Below are positions 15,741-32,303 of a DNA stretch of 64,000 nucleotides, piece after piece. The notes beneath the pieces are model-generated. The model saw only the letters and a list, made by a program, of their open reading frames with translations. It was not told the DNA's origin and did no database searches. This stretch comes from the human T2T-CHM13v2.0 reference genome, Homo sapiens. Each line of letters starts with the position of its first letter. The stretch's first letter is position 1. The stretch lies in NCBI RefSeq assembly GCF_009914755.1, contig NC_060928.1; one strand, written 5' to 3'. Both the position numbers and the translations under genes were made by a program.

Positions 15741-17619
15741 GTGACTCATTTGTTTGTGAATGCACACCTGATTTGGGTTGGTGATTATTGATAAAAGAAT
15801 AAAGCTTATCTGAAATATTAATGTCCTTTTAATACAGGTACTATATAATGTAGAATGACCAAGAAGCTATCATATTTCAATGATATATAATCTGAGGGAT
15901 AAAAATGATTGATAGATGCACAGTGTCAAAGCAGAAAAAATGAGAAAATGTTGTTTCAAATAAGAAAGTATTAGAATCAACAGGAGATGACACTTATGAA
16001 AATATATACAGAAAACTTAGAAATGATAAAATTACCAATCAGTCTTCAGTAAACTCAGCAGGCAATAAGTTCCAAAGAACTTCTAATGAATTATTAAACC
16101 CAGACATGGCGCTGGATTAAGATAAGAAGAAGCTAGAAAATGACATCTTCTAAATGATATTAAACAAATGTGACAATCAGCAACTTTGAAAATATTTTGA
16201 GGATGTTAAAGGGGTGCTATCTACTTTACATGTTTCTACATCAATTATGCATTTTAAAGTCAACTTAAAAACGTTCCTAATTAAGCTCCTTGTGCAGCTG
16301 TCAGAGGACTTTTTTCTTTATTTAATACCAAGCTTAAAGCCTGTGATAAAAACATCCATGACTGTAAATACCAAGCAAATGAGCAAACGAACTAAAGGTG
16401 TGCCCAAGATTCTGAACACAACCCAGGTAGCTTCTGAGTAAAGTCGTCTACCATATCTCAAACGCCTCATTTTGGAATTTTTCACAATCTTATTCTCCTT
16501 CCTTTATTTCCATGTAGATGTGCTTCTGTAGATGTATGATTCAATTATAAATGAATCTAATAGTGTGATATTACTAAACCACCAAGAAGACATATTAAGT
16601 CCCAGGGAAGGCGAGGACAGACATCACTTAGAAAAGGAGATTATCCATCAACTCAATCTCAGCAATGATGTAGGGAGATAGCAGTCTTGAGAGCCTGACT
16701 GTAAAGAGAGGAGAAAGTTGTATTTCAATTACAATTTCTCCCTGAATATAGCAAGAGCCATAGTGCTGGCACCAGACTCCAGAGCTTTACTTTACACTCT
16801 GAGCATGAGAAAGGGATAAAGAGGAAATCACAGAAACACTTCTGAGACAGAGTGTTTGAGGGAATGAGGAAAAGACAGAAGAACAGGTCAGAGGAATTTG
16901 CTGATACCTAGGTGGCAGGAAGGTGTGATTTGGAAAAGCGTGATTAAGCTTGGGTCAGTAGAAACCCCCAGAGCATTGGGGGAGAATCTGAGATTGTGTG
17001 GGATGGTTCTCTGCTTACTCCTTACATTTGACAATTTGTCACCAGCCAGAAAGGTATCAGAGGGGAAAAGATGTATATCAATAAATGAATGTTGATACAT
17101 GTCAATTCTGATTTCCCACAGCCTAAGGACAGTGTTCAAGAAATCCAGGAATCCTCCCAAGGGGCAGAAGCAGTCACAGTCCTGGTGGAATGGCGGAGGC
17201 CTGGGGCCAGGACCAGGATAACACAGAGCTGCAACGACAGTGTCCACACCCAACTAGTAGTGGTGGCAGATAGACACCTCAAGCCTGAGGGAGACTGGCA
17301 GTGTGGACTCTGAACACAGAAGCTGATGTCTAGAGAGCAGCATGATGAGAAACCTTAATCAGCAGACAGCAAAGACCCAGAGAGCAGCACATAGAATGGA
17401 AGACCCTTTCACCACTGCTCTCGAAAAAACTGCTTGCTTTTGGGGAATAAGATGACATCTTGGGAAAGTGAGGGAGTGGGGAAGGAGCTGTGAAAGACTG
17501 ATCATCTGCACTAAAGAGACTGAGTTGCTCTAAAGACGACAGACTTATTTCCAGCTGACTGGCAAGACCCAGTGGTTCCCTGAGTCTCCCTGCCAGAACC
17601 TCCACTACCTAGCAGAATG

Positions 17620-17985
17620 AGCTGATAGAGGATTAAGTGTGTTTTGTTTTAGTTTAACCAAGAATGAAGACTTTCTCATTCCTGTAAAAGTTCAGAAGTA
17701 TCTGAAGAAGACCATAAATACCACACTCCTTCTAGATCTATTGTTCCACCATTTCTAGGATGTCACAATTTCCCTGATGGTCCAAGATAGTGGTATTTAT
17801 ATTTCAAAAAGAAGGTTGAAAAAAGGAAGGGGGAAGAACAGAAAGGACATGCACCAGATTTCCTTCAAAAAAGGCTCTTACAAGTTGTCAAATCTAATCC
17901 ACTTAAGTCCCACTAGCCAGATATTAGCTTCATGGCCACATATGGCTTCCAAAAATACTGGGTAATGCAGAATTTTGGGGGTCAC
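17620..17985 (-). mobile_element. Old MaLR LTR remnant (MLT1J/K-like) interrupted by THE1
   Basis: ccactagccagatattagcttcatggccaca...ctgggtaatgcag motif typical of MLT1 LTRs. Boundaries approximate. Confidence 0.45.
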
Positions 17986-18343
17986 TGTATTAGTGTGTTC
18001 TCAGGCTGCTAATAAAGTCATACCTGAGACTGAGTAATTTATAAAGGAAAGAGGTTTAATTGAATCACAGTTCCGCATGGAAGGAGAGGCCTCACAATCA
18101 TGGCGGAAGGTGAATGAGGAGCAAAGTCATGTCTTAGATGGTGGCAGGGAAGAGGGTTTGTGCAGGGGAACTCTAACTTATAAAACCATCAGATCTTATG
18201 AGTCTTATTCACTGCCATGAGAACAGTATGGGAGAAACCGCCTCCATTATTCAATTATCTCTACCTGGCCCCACCCTTGACACATGGGGATTATTACAAT
18301 TAGAGGTGAGATTTGTGTGGGGACACACAGCCAAACCGTATCA
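17986..18343 (-). mobile_element. THE1 (C/D-like) solo LTR
   Basis: tgtattagt...ccaaaccgtatca termini, 358 bp, perfect 5-bp TSD gtcac at 17981-17985 and 18344-18348. Confidence 0.93.
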
Positions 18344-18939
18344 GTCACCATGACTATCTAAAAGTTCTACTATTTCAGAAAAAAGACACAGAGATGTTGG
18401 GAGAAAATGAGGAACTCTGTCATAGGGTCATAGATGTAAGACACTATAGAGGGAAGTGATGACCGAGATACAGCCTGGTGATGATTCATTAGTCTTTTAG
18501 AGTTTATCACACATTTGACCATAGCAGGACTGCAAGTGCTAGCTTTTAACACAGTGATGTTCATGTTATTGCTTGTTACTATAGGTATTTCAAAAAGGGA
18601 TTAGGAGAGGTAGGTCCAGTTCTGCTGGCCCAACACTCCTCAAAATCGATCTTTGAGGTTTTAATTATTTAAAAATTACACAGAGGAAAGACGCTGTTTA
18701 GTGTCACAAACCGTGTCTTTGGCTTATTTTGCAATATCCATTGTTTTTAATACTACTTTTTAGGCTATTATTCCTTTCAGCCTTACAGCAATCAAACATA
18801 ATTTTTCCTCAATTCATTTCCCACCAGACTACTCACTAATTTTCCATTCCTTCTTACCACAAATTCTCACACAAAGTGGTGTTTATTTTTGTTCCCTGCA
18901 ACCTGTCGGCCTCTCTTTTCATTCTAGTGATACTACCTA

Positions 18940-20225
18940 AAAAAACTATATTGAGACATAATTTCATAACTTTTAAATAACTTTAATGAGTTGTTTTCTA
19001 ACTTTATTGGTGACAAAGGCATCACTCACTTCAAGTGCATAAGTCAGTGATATTTTAAGTAAAATGACCAAGTTGTACAGCCATCACCATAAACAAGTTT
19101 TAGAATATTTCCATCATCCCAATAAGTTGTGTTTGCTCCTTCTCCTCACCCTAGGTAGCCACTAATTTGCATTCTGTCTCTGTAGATTTTCCTTTTCTGG
19201 ACATTTCATAGAAACTGAACCATATAATGTATGGTCTCTGTGTCTGGCTTCTCTTACTGAGTGTGAAAGTTTTTGGGTTTCATTAATGTCAAAGCGTATT
19301 TTACTACTTCATTCTTATCTATTGACAAATAATACTTCATTGTATATGTATAGCACATATTTCTATTCATTCATTAGTTGATGGATGTTTAGATTGTTTC
19401 CAATTTTTGGTTGTTATGAATAATACTCTTAAGAACATTTGTGTGTGAGTCTTTTTGTGGACATATGTTTTCAATTCCCCTGAATGGATACCTGAGGAGA
19501 GAATTCCAGGTAATATGATAAATTTATGTTTAACATTTTGAAGAGCTTCTAAACTGTTTTTTTCAGAGTGGCTGTATTAGTTTGCTTAGCTGCATTAACA
19601 TGGTACTATAGACTGGATGGCTGAAACAACAGAAATTTATTTTCTCATGGTTCTGGCAGCTGGAAGTCCAAAATCAAGATGTTGGTTAGTTTGGTTTCTT
19701 CTGAGGCCTCCCTCCTTGGCTTGCAGATGGCCATTCTCTCTATGTCCTCACGTAGCCATTTCTCTGTGTGTGTGTGCTCCTGGTATCTCTCAGTGTGTTC
19801 AAATTTCTACTTCTTATAAAGACAGGACACTGCGTTAGGGTCCACCCTAACAGCCTCATTTTAACTCAGTCACCTCTTTGAAGGACCTACCTACAAATAT
19901 AGTCACATTCTGAGGTGCTAGGGGTTAGAGCTTCAACATGTCAATTTCGGGAGGGATGCAATTTAATCATAACAGTGGCTGTAACATCTTTAATTTTACC
20001 AGAAAAGTGTTTCTAGTAAATTTCTCCACATTCTTGGCAACATTTGTTCTTGTCCTTAAAAAAATATAGCCATTTAGAGGGTGTAAAACGATGTCTTGTG
20101 GTTTTAAGTTCATTTCCCTGACGACTAGTGATGTTGATAATCTTTTCATATGCTTATTAACTATTAGTATATCTTCTTTGATAAAATGTCTATTCAAACA
20201 CTTTGCCCATTTTAAATTGGTGTTT
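18940..20225 (-). mobile_element. Old L1M 3' end, interrupted by an MLT1A LTR
   Basis: Minus ORF MNRHFIKEDILIVNKHMKR (ORF2 C-terminus) and L1M-type 3'UTR. Confidence 0.75.
19573..19974 (-). mobile_element. MLT1A-like solo LTR
   Basis: tgtattag...aaca termini; 5-bp TSD gtggc at 19568-19572 and 19975-19979. Confidence 0.85.
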
Positions 20226-20400
20226 GGCCAGCAAAACTGAATACAGCCTCTTCTAGTCTATCTTGGAAATACCTATAATGACAAAGGAACAACAACAACA
20301 ACAAAACACCGTTAACAGTAAAGATAATACACCACAAGAATATACAAAGAAATCTTACACTTCAAAGATAGAAAAATCATGTTAGAAGGTTTCTCAAATA

Positions 20401-20766
20401 GAGATGCTCCTGGACTTATGATGGGATTAAGTTCTGATAAGCCTATTGTAAGTTGAAAATATCATAAGTTGAATATGCATTTAATACAACTAACTTACTA
20501 AACATCATAGCTTAGTCCAGCCTACCTTAAACATGCTCAGAACACTTACATTAGCCTACCATTGGGCAAAATCATGGAACACAAAGCCTATTTTAAAATA
20601 AATTATTGGACATCTCCTGTAATTTATTGAATACTGTACCTAAAGGGAAAAACAGAATGGTTGTATGGGTACTTGACATAGCATTTCTACTGAATACATT
20701 TCACTTTGCAGCATGGTAAATTTGAAGAATTATTAAGTCAAACCATCTTAAGTCAGGGACTGTCTG
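20401..20766. mobile_element. MER47A-like TcMar-Tigger fossil
   Basis: TA flanks; inverted termini agatgctcctggacttatgatgg / ccatcttaagtcagggactgtctg. Confidence 0.8.
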
Positions 20767-22832
20767 TACAGTTATAACAACTAAATTAATCAGCATTTTC
20801 TCCTATCTCCAAACATTAGTTCATGAGTCACTTAATGGGGGCTAGGTCTCAGTGATATTCTGAAGCATTTTCTCAACATGAATACATTTTGCTAGATAAT
20901 AACATGCTATTTTTCTCTTATTTTCCTTTGCCATCATATGTGATGATTCCCACTCATGTAGCACTGGAAAAAGCTGACTTCAGAATCTCTAGGCAGACCT
21001 TGGAAACTAGGATATCCACATGCCTACTGTTGGCTAGTCAATATTTTTTCAGCTTGTACAACGTTGGACCATACCTTGTTTTCAAAATGTTAGCTATTAA
21101 TTGGTTGCCGACATTAATAAATTTAATTAAGAGATTACATATAAGTATGTGGATTTATGGCTTTAAAAAATATAGACCTACATGCTCATATATATGAATT
21201 GGCTGAATGTGAATAATTTTCAATGGTCCCTACCCCTCTCCATTGGTCCCTGGCATTGAGTCTGACTGTAACTACCATTTATCTTTATGCTAGTCCTGTT
21301 GTTTTACTTACAATGCAGTTAAGATAAAAATGACTTCTTTATCGCCATTAAGCTTCTAAATTTGCAATCTATAGGCATCTAAATTTGTCTTCCACAGTCT
21401 AGACATCCTGAAATTGGAGCAAAGTCAATTATACTTCTAGGTTAACTGAACTTTCTCTCAAATAATTCCTTGAATACTACCATGTTTAACAAAACATGCT
21501 GTTGTATGTTTCATGGTGTCAGGGGAAGATTGTTTTTTATTACTGTTATATCCGTAGCTCCTAGAGTAATGCTCAAAATGTAGTAAGTATATAAAAATTG
21601 TATGATGGATGGCAAACTAGGATATGATGCAATTATTTACTATGGTCCCTATTTTCAACCTTTCATAAGCACAATCAAGTTTAGTTCTTAAACGTTTCTC
21701 AATCCAGCCACTTCTCTCTGGTCTGTACATGTACCTTAATCCAAAATTCTACCTGTCTTAATAGGACTGTGAAATAACCTCTTAAAGATCTTTCTGCCTC
21801 AAGACTGGCCCTTCTCCATACTATTCTCCACAGGACATCCAGGATACACAAATATGCTCACTCCTACCCCGCTGCCACCCTGCCTCCCATTACTCTTGGA
21901 CATGAGTACCAATAGAGTTGGTACAAGGCATAGTATATAATCTATAGCATTATTTGATGGACAGAAAAAAAAACACTCACTGATTCTTGATGGAGAAACC
22001 CTCTTAGAATTCTACTGACATTTATGCTGACATCTTCACCTGTGGACCCACTGTTCTTGGAGAAAAGAAAAAAGCTACTGGCGGCTCATTTCTGGGAATA
22101 GGCCCAGATTGGCTGAAAAACATTGAGTCGGTGCTTACAGGGGCCTATTTTTTCTACCCTGAAATATCAAAGACTATGTCCAGATCATCAAGCTTCTTGG
22201 TGGATTCCCATGGGTTCATCTCATCTTGCTGTTGGATAATTAAATTTGGGAGGTGGTGGAACTAGGGAAGAGGATGCCTCTTAGCCAGCTGGGGTTATAA
22301 ACCACTTAAATCTGCCTTGAGCCTAGGAAGTGAAGCCACTCCCAGAAGTCCAGGATTGAGGGTTTGTGAGACCATGTATGGGTTTGGGGACAAATCTTAA
22401 GGTGTAATAGTGAATTCCTTAGCCTAATAGTAATTCTCTCTCTTCTCCTCCCTCCCTTTCTTTCTCTCAACTAGCATTGGGAAGGCAGGCATTGAGAAAT
22501 TCACATTATAAATCAAAATCTGTTGAAAAAGAATACTTCTATGGACTTTGGGAGAAAATTTTCTTATCTGAAAGAAACTATAGTTAAAATTAATCATCCT
22601 TCCTGGCTGGCATCTGGGGGAACCCTATGAGACTCTGAAGAATATGAATCTACTGCTCTGTAAGAATATTCATGATCATGAAAACAACTATCATTGGAAT
22701 ACACAAAGTTAATCTGTGTGCTCAAAATAGGAGGTACTAAGAACCTAGATTTTTATAGTCTCCATGTATATTTGAGTCTCACTATATCGTTTCACTTGCT
22801 CCCTTTATCCCATTAATTGTCTTCTTTCTGCT

Positions 22833-23337
22833 TGTGATTGTTAATACTGAGTGTCAACTTGATTGGATTGAAGGATGCAAAGTATTGATCCTGGGTGTGT
22901 CTGTGAGGGTGCTGCCAAAGGAGATTAACATTTGAGTCAGTAGGCTGGGAAAGGCAGACCCACCCTTAATTTGGGAGGGTGCCACCTAATTAGCTGCCAG
23001 CACGAACAGAATATAAAGCTGGCAGAAAAACATGAAAAGGCCAGACTGGCTTAGCCTCCCAGCCTACATCTTTCTCTCATGCTGGATGCTTCCTGCTGTC
23101 AAACATCGGACTCCAAGTTCTTCAGCTTTGGGACTCGGACTGGCTTCCTTGCTCCTCAGCTTGTAGACGGCCTATTGTGGGAACTTGTGATCTTCTCAGT
23201 TAATACTACTTAATATATATATTAAGTAGTATATATACAGAGAGAGAGAGAGAGGGGAATTTATATATATATATATATATATATATATCTCCTATTCATT
23301 CTTCATTCTGTCCCTCTGGAGAACCCTGACTAATACA
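22833..23337 (+). mobile_element. MLT2A (HERV-L) solo LTR with internal (TA)n/(AG)n
   Basis: tgtgattgttaatactgagtgtcaacttgattggattgaagg...ccctgactaataca. Confidence 0.92.
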
Positions 23338-24164
23338 TTGTGTCCTCCTACAACTTTTTGCTGGCAACATAAACTCAAAAAGGTGTATATAAGGCTAATA
23401 ATTGTTACATACGAGCCACCGCATTTTTTGTTTGCATCTATCATTTTGGACTAGATGGATTTTGAGTGATTTGAGGACACAAGATTCAATTTATTTGTTG
23501 TTGGGAAATGTGAACCTATTACCAACTCCCATGCTATCTGGGTGCAACTTTGCTAACTTTTGCTCTATTCATTTTTTATATTAAATTACTTTCTGGGCTA
23601 TGATAATGATTTATCTCTCCTTTTAATTGTTGGATATATAAATTAATGAGAGAATTGTGCTCACATACTTTTCTTTTACATAGAAAAGAACATTTTTGAG
23701 AATACTTTATTGGGGAGAAAAAGTAGATGTGTTTTCCCTGCAGTTTCACAATCAGTAAATTAAATATGAAGATAAATGGAGGGAACAGGACTATAAATGT
23801 AGAGGATTCTTGATTTGAATGCAGGTGAATAACACCTTCTGGGGAAGTACTTATGGGTATTGAGATATATAACTTAAAAATATGATCTCGTTTTCATTTG
23901 TTGTGTTTTCACACTACACTAGGTGCTAAAAGCTCCCAGTCTGCTTCTGTCATTCCCTTATTGAGTCACGTTAAGTCAAGATGAAATGTAATAAGCAAGG
24001 TGTCTGTGAACTCACTAGGAGTTACTGGGAGATAAGCCACTTCAAGACATGCACTGTGTCTTCAGATTCCCATCAGACAGCCTCTCCCTAGATGGCTATT
24101 TCACTAGAAGCCACAGAAATATCCCAGTGACTTACAGTTTCCAACTAAATACTCTAGGGAAACA

Positions 24165-24640
<476 letters not shown>

Positions 24641-24699
24641 GAGACCGTCTTAAACTGTTTGTTCAGCTCCCCCAAGACACCATTCACCTCAGTCACCAC

Positions 24700-27454
<2,755 letters not shown>

Positions 27455-27822
27455 CCGATAATTTCTTTACAAATTATCTGATTAACTCTGTGAATATGGG
27501 AAATAACAATCATAGAGTCATTTTGTCCCTCCAAAAAGTATTCTGTTTTTCTGGAGCAGTTTGGAAATAAAAGAAAGAAAAAGAAAAAAATTAATGATGT
27601 TATTTACCCACTACCCACATATTCCATAAATTAATCTAGTTTTCTTATTAAAATATTGTTTTATACCTACTTGAAATAATTTCAAATATATAACTTAAAG
27701 GTTATTTTGCAGATATAACTGTTTTAGTAAATTTAGACAAGAGAGCAATTTATTTTCTTACTTTGAAGAGAAAGAATAAGTTTTGTTCACTTGAGACATA
27801 GGATTTAGTTAAATTTAGTCTT

Positions 27823-28900
27823 CTCTAAGTCCTCAAAAGCAGTTGCAGAAAAGGAAAAATTGACAAGTGGGACATAATTAAACTAAAGAGCTTCTGCAGA
27901 GCAAAATAAACCATCAACATAGTAAACAGAAAACCTACAGAATGGGAGAAAATATTTACAAATGATGCATTTGACGGAGATCTAATACCCAGAATCTGCA
28001 GGAAACTTAAACAATTGAACAAGCAAAAACCAAATAGCTCCATTAAAAATAGGGCAAAAGACATAAATAGACACTTCTCAAGGGAAAACATGAAAGCAGC
28101 CAACAAACCTGTGAAAAAATGCTCCACATCACTTATCATCAGAGCAATGCAAATCAAAACCACAGTGAGATACCAACTCACACCAGTCAGAATGGCTATT
28201 ATTAAAAAGTCAAAAAGCAACAGATGTTGGTGAGGCTGCAGAGAAAAGGGAACACTTATACACTGTTGGTGGGAATGTAAATTAGTTCAGCCACTGTGCA
28301 ACGTAGTCTGGAGATATCTCTAAGAACTTAGAACTACCATTTGACCCAGCAATCCCATTACTGGGTATATATCCAAAAGAAAACAAATCATTCTACCTAA
28401 CAAAACAAAAAACAAGAACAACAACAAAAACAACCTACAGTCACTCACATGTTCATTGCAGCACTATTCATAATAGCAAAGACATGGGATCAACCTAGTT
28501 GCCCATCAATGGTGAATTGGATACAGAAAATGTGGTACATATACACTGTGGAATACCACATAGCCAAACCAAGAATGAAATCATGCCTTTTGCAGCAATG
28601 TGGATGCAACTGGAGGCCATTATCCTAAGAGAATTAAACAGAAACAGAAAACCAAAGACTGCATGTTCTCAGTTTAAGTGGCAGCTAAACATTGCAGGCT
28701 CATGGACAGAAAGATGACAACAATAGACACCAGGGACTACTAGATGGGGGAAGATGGGAGGGCCAAAGGTTGGAAAACTGTTGGGTACTATGCTCAGGAC
28801 CTGGGTGATACAATCATTCGTACCCCAAATCTCAGCATCATGCAATATATCCAGGTAAGAATCCTGCATATGTGCTCCCTGAATCTAAAATGCTGCAAAA
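27823..28900 (+). mobile_element. L1PA16/17-like 3' end
   Basis: ORF2 C-terminal remnants; 3'UTR gggtactatgctcaggacctgggtga...cgtaccccaaatctcagcatca. Confidence 0.85.
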
Positions 28901-28909
28901 AATACATTA

Positions 28910-30420
28910 GTCTTTTTGGGGTCTTGCATTAATTTTATTATTTATATTATAAAGTTTCTTTATTTAATTTTAGTTTTTCTATTAGCTCAAAGTAAGTTTG
29001 TGCTTTTTAAGTCCCGTATAAGAAATCTTTGCCTACCCCAAGATTACAAAGATTTTCTTCTATGTATTTTTTGGGGAAATTTTAGCTTTTACAATTAGTA
29101 CTATAATTCTCATGTTAAATTTTATGTGCAGTGTTAGGTAAAGTTCATGTTTATTTTTTTCCCATATGCATATAAAGTTCTTCAAACACTATTTGTTGAA
29201 AACATTTTACTTCCTCTTTGAATTATCTTGGTACCTTTGTTAAAATTCAGTTGACTATATATATATATATATATATATAAAATAAATATATTATATATAT
29301 TTTTAATATTTGAATTAAATATAATTATTTAAATAAATTTTTAATTAATTACATAAATATTTAAATATATTTATATATAAATAAATTTATATATAAATAT
29401 ATATATAAAAAGAAAATATGGAAGAAAAAATAGGGTCCTATATATACATACATATATGAAGAATTTTTATTTTAACAATGACTTTGTAAGTTAGTTTTTA
29501 TTTTATCAAAATTTTACATGTGCTTATTTTTAAAAGTCAAATAGTTATACAAGAATTGTAATAATACTGCTGCACTCTGCATAAAACCTCTCACTCCTAA
29601 TCTTCTCTTCAGAAGCGATAACTTTACAATAGTTTCATAGCTAATTCTTTTGCTATTTGCCTCTATATATCATTCAGTAATTTGTCAAAGACATAAAAAT
29701 TAGAATTATAAAAATAAAAATTAAGTAGATATTTAAATGTAAAAATTCAATGATAGGGTCGAAAGATAGAGTTGAGGAAATCTTCAGTAAATCCTAAATG
29801 GCATAGTAATGTAAAATTACAAAGAAGTATAAAATAAAAGAAATTCTAATATATGAAGAATAAAAGTCCCAGGAAGAGAAGAGAGAGAAAACAGAAGACA
29901 GTAAGTCATCAAATAATAGTTCTAGTGAAATTTGCAGAAGTACATATGAGTTTCCAGGTTAGAAGGACTCATCAAAAGTCTAAGACAACAGATGAAAATA
30001 TATCCATACCAGGGCACTTAGTAATAATATTTTAGAAAACTAGAAAAGATGTAATCCTTAAGTTTCCAAAAAGAACAAAAGTTTTTATATAAGTGAGTAT
30101 AAGAATACCATTAAATTTCCACTTTAGGGCAAGGTTTGGGAAACTAAGTAATATACTTTGTGTGGCGACTTTTGTGCTAAAATGGAAGAGTTGAGGAGTT
30201 TTGACAGAGAACATACAGCCCGCAATGCCTGAAGTATTTACTGTCTGGTCCTTTACTGAAAAAGTTTGCCAACACTTGCCTTAGAAATACTAGTGTTACA
30301 AGCAATAGATTAATTACTTCAAAATCCTGAAAGAGCAGTATATCCAACTTAGAATTCTGCAGTAAAATATTCCATGAAATATGAGACATATTCAGATATA
30401 TAATCTCTCGGAAATTTACT
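28910..30420. mobile_element. Very old L1M fragments in both orientations, with an AT-rich low-complexity tract (29256-29410)
   Basis: aagaaatctttgcctaccccaagattacaaagattttc (L1M minus); ORF1-like A-rich plus segment at 29690-30400. Confidence 0.5.
30125..30280. mobile_element. MER58A-like hAT fossil
   Basis: tatttactgtctggtcctttactgaaaaagtttgccaac terminus. Confidence 0.75.
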
Positions 30421-30614
30421 TCTCAGCATACTTAATTCAGTTTAATTCATTCTCCCTTAATTGCTTTTCTGAACTTTCTCTGTTCCATTTAACTTGTACA
30501 AATTTGTTAATTTTCTTAATAGTCAAGTTACAAATAAAGAATTTGGGATATCTGAGCAGTGATTTTCTCACTGAAGCCACTATTCCTTCATTAGAATCAA
30601 TTAACATCTGGAGT

Positions 30615-31045
30615 TAATATGGTCAACTCCAGAGGTGGAATGGGCCACCCCATCAAAAATTTGGTTTGAATGCTGAGATTAGTGACATCATACACACATC
30701 AAAAAGTTACGAAAAGGTTTATTACTCACATAATGAGGTTTTCTGGGCAGAACAGGGAATTTTTCCTGACAGGTCCAAGTTGGTTAGAAAGAGCAGGTAT
30801 CAGAAACAATTAGAAAGCTGGCTTGGGTTTTTAGGATGTTTAACGGGTGGCACTGGAGTGAAGGCTGTTGTGCAGAGGCTGGGAACTCGTGTGGTTTGAC
30901 GTTTTCACCAGTGCTAAAGGAGAGAGCAGACAGGCTATCCTGTCAGCTTCCCCGATATAGTGCAGAAAGGCAAAGGGGTGACATGGAGCTTGAAAGCTGT
31001 CAGCAGTCAAATGGCAAAATGGAGGCAGACCCTTTTTGACAGAAG
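30615..31045. mobile_element. ERVL-class LTR remnant (MER76-like)
   Basis: gaaaaggtttattactcacataatgaggttttctggg, recalled from consensus. Family uncertain. Confidence 0.4.
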
Positions 31046-32148
31046 TCATTATATTAATATAATAATAATTACACAAAACACATTATTTGAAGGTGGAATC
31101 TTCTTTGTCCATTTTTAGGCTACTTCCCTCTGATAGTGCAAAATATTTATTTTTATTTATGCCAGGGTACTCAAAAGGAAAAGTACAGTAACGGGGTAAT
31201 TGGTATAATAATCTGCTGTTATTATTTGATAGACATCAAATTTAATCTGAGGGAAGTTACTTATGAAATATTTCATAAGTTTTTAAAATGTTATAGTTTA
31301 TAAGTTTTAAATTTGTTTGCAAGGCAGACAGTTCCAGCTTCTTTTGTGAGAGCTAGTATTAACACGACTCTTTACAAGGTAAATTTTTGATTTGCGGAAG
31401 ATACCCAGCAACTTGTTTTCTGGAATGGAATTGTTTGAAGCAAGTATTAAGAGCTCTGCCATGTTTAGGGCTGATGTCTTTTCATAGTGGAAAGCACATA
31501 TTCAAGGCTGGGGACTCTGACACCTTATTATGGTGGTAGCACTGAGCAGGGCCTCTTATGTAGTTATAGTTTTTCTGATAAATTTTAAATGGATATAATC
31601 TCTAGGCAATAGATAACCGAATCATTCATTTGGGTCAAGAGGTAAGGCGTTTTACCTCTGTGACAATAGCATCTCAATAACTTAGATTCATACTTTGAAC
31701 TATTATAGTATGTCTATACCTAGTACTAAAATATCCCTTTTAACTCCCATAGGTAGGTTGCCTGTGGGGTGTAATAAAAAGCCTTATGGTGTTCCCACTA
31801 GTGTTTTACCTTTTTATTTTATTTATTTATTTTTACATAACACATTTAAAAGTAGTATGAGTAGAATATTTGCACATTTAAGTAATGTTTCTCTACAAAG
31901 TTTGGCATAATTTATTTCCCAACATTTCTTTGTTGTGTATTGGTAGACATTCTCTACAATTTCATGTACAAAACAGTTCTTTTCATTGCTATAGACAGCT
32001 AATGGTATCCTAAGTATTTTCCTTATAGTCATTATGTTAGGCTTTATATATGGATAGATTTAATCAATTCTGAAAACAAACCTATAACTAAATATGACCA
32101 GAAGATTTTTCAGCTAACTAAAACAACCTGAATATACTAACAATCCTT

Positions 32149-32303
32149 TTTTTCAATTTTTTAATTTAATTTTATTTTTAGTAGAGATAAGGTTTCGCTA
32201 TGTTGGCCAGACTGGTCTCAAACTCCTGACCTCAAGTAATCTGCCCACCTCCGCCTCCCAAAGTAAGCACTGGGATTACAGGCATGAGCCACCATGCCTG
32301 GCC
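32149..32303 (-). mobile_element. Free left Alu monomer (FLAM-C-like) with its own TSD
   Basis: Single monomer flanked by tatactaacaatcctt (32133-32148) and tatattaacaattctt (32304-32319). Confidence 0.85.
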
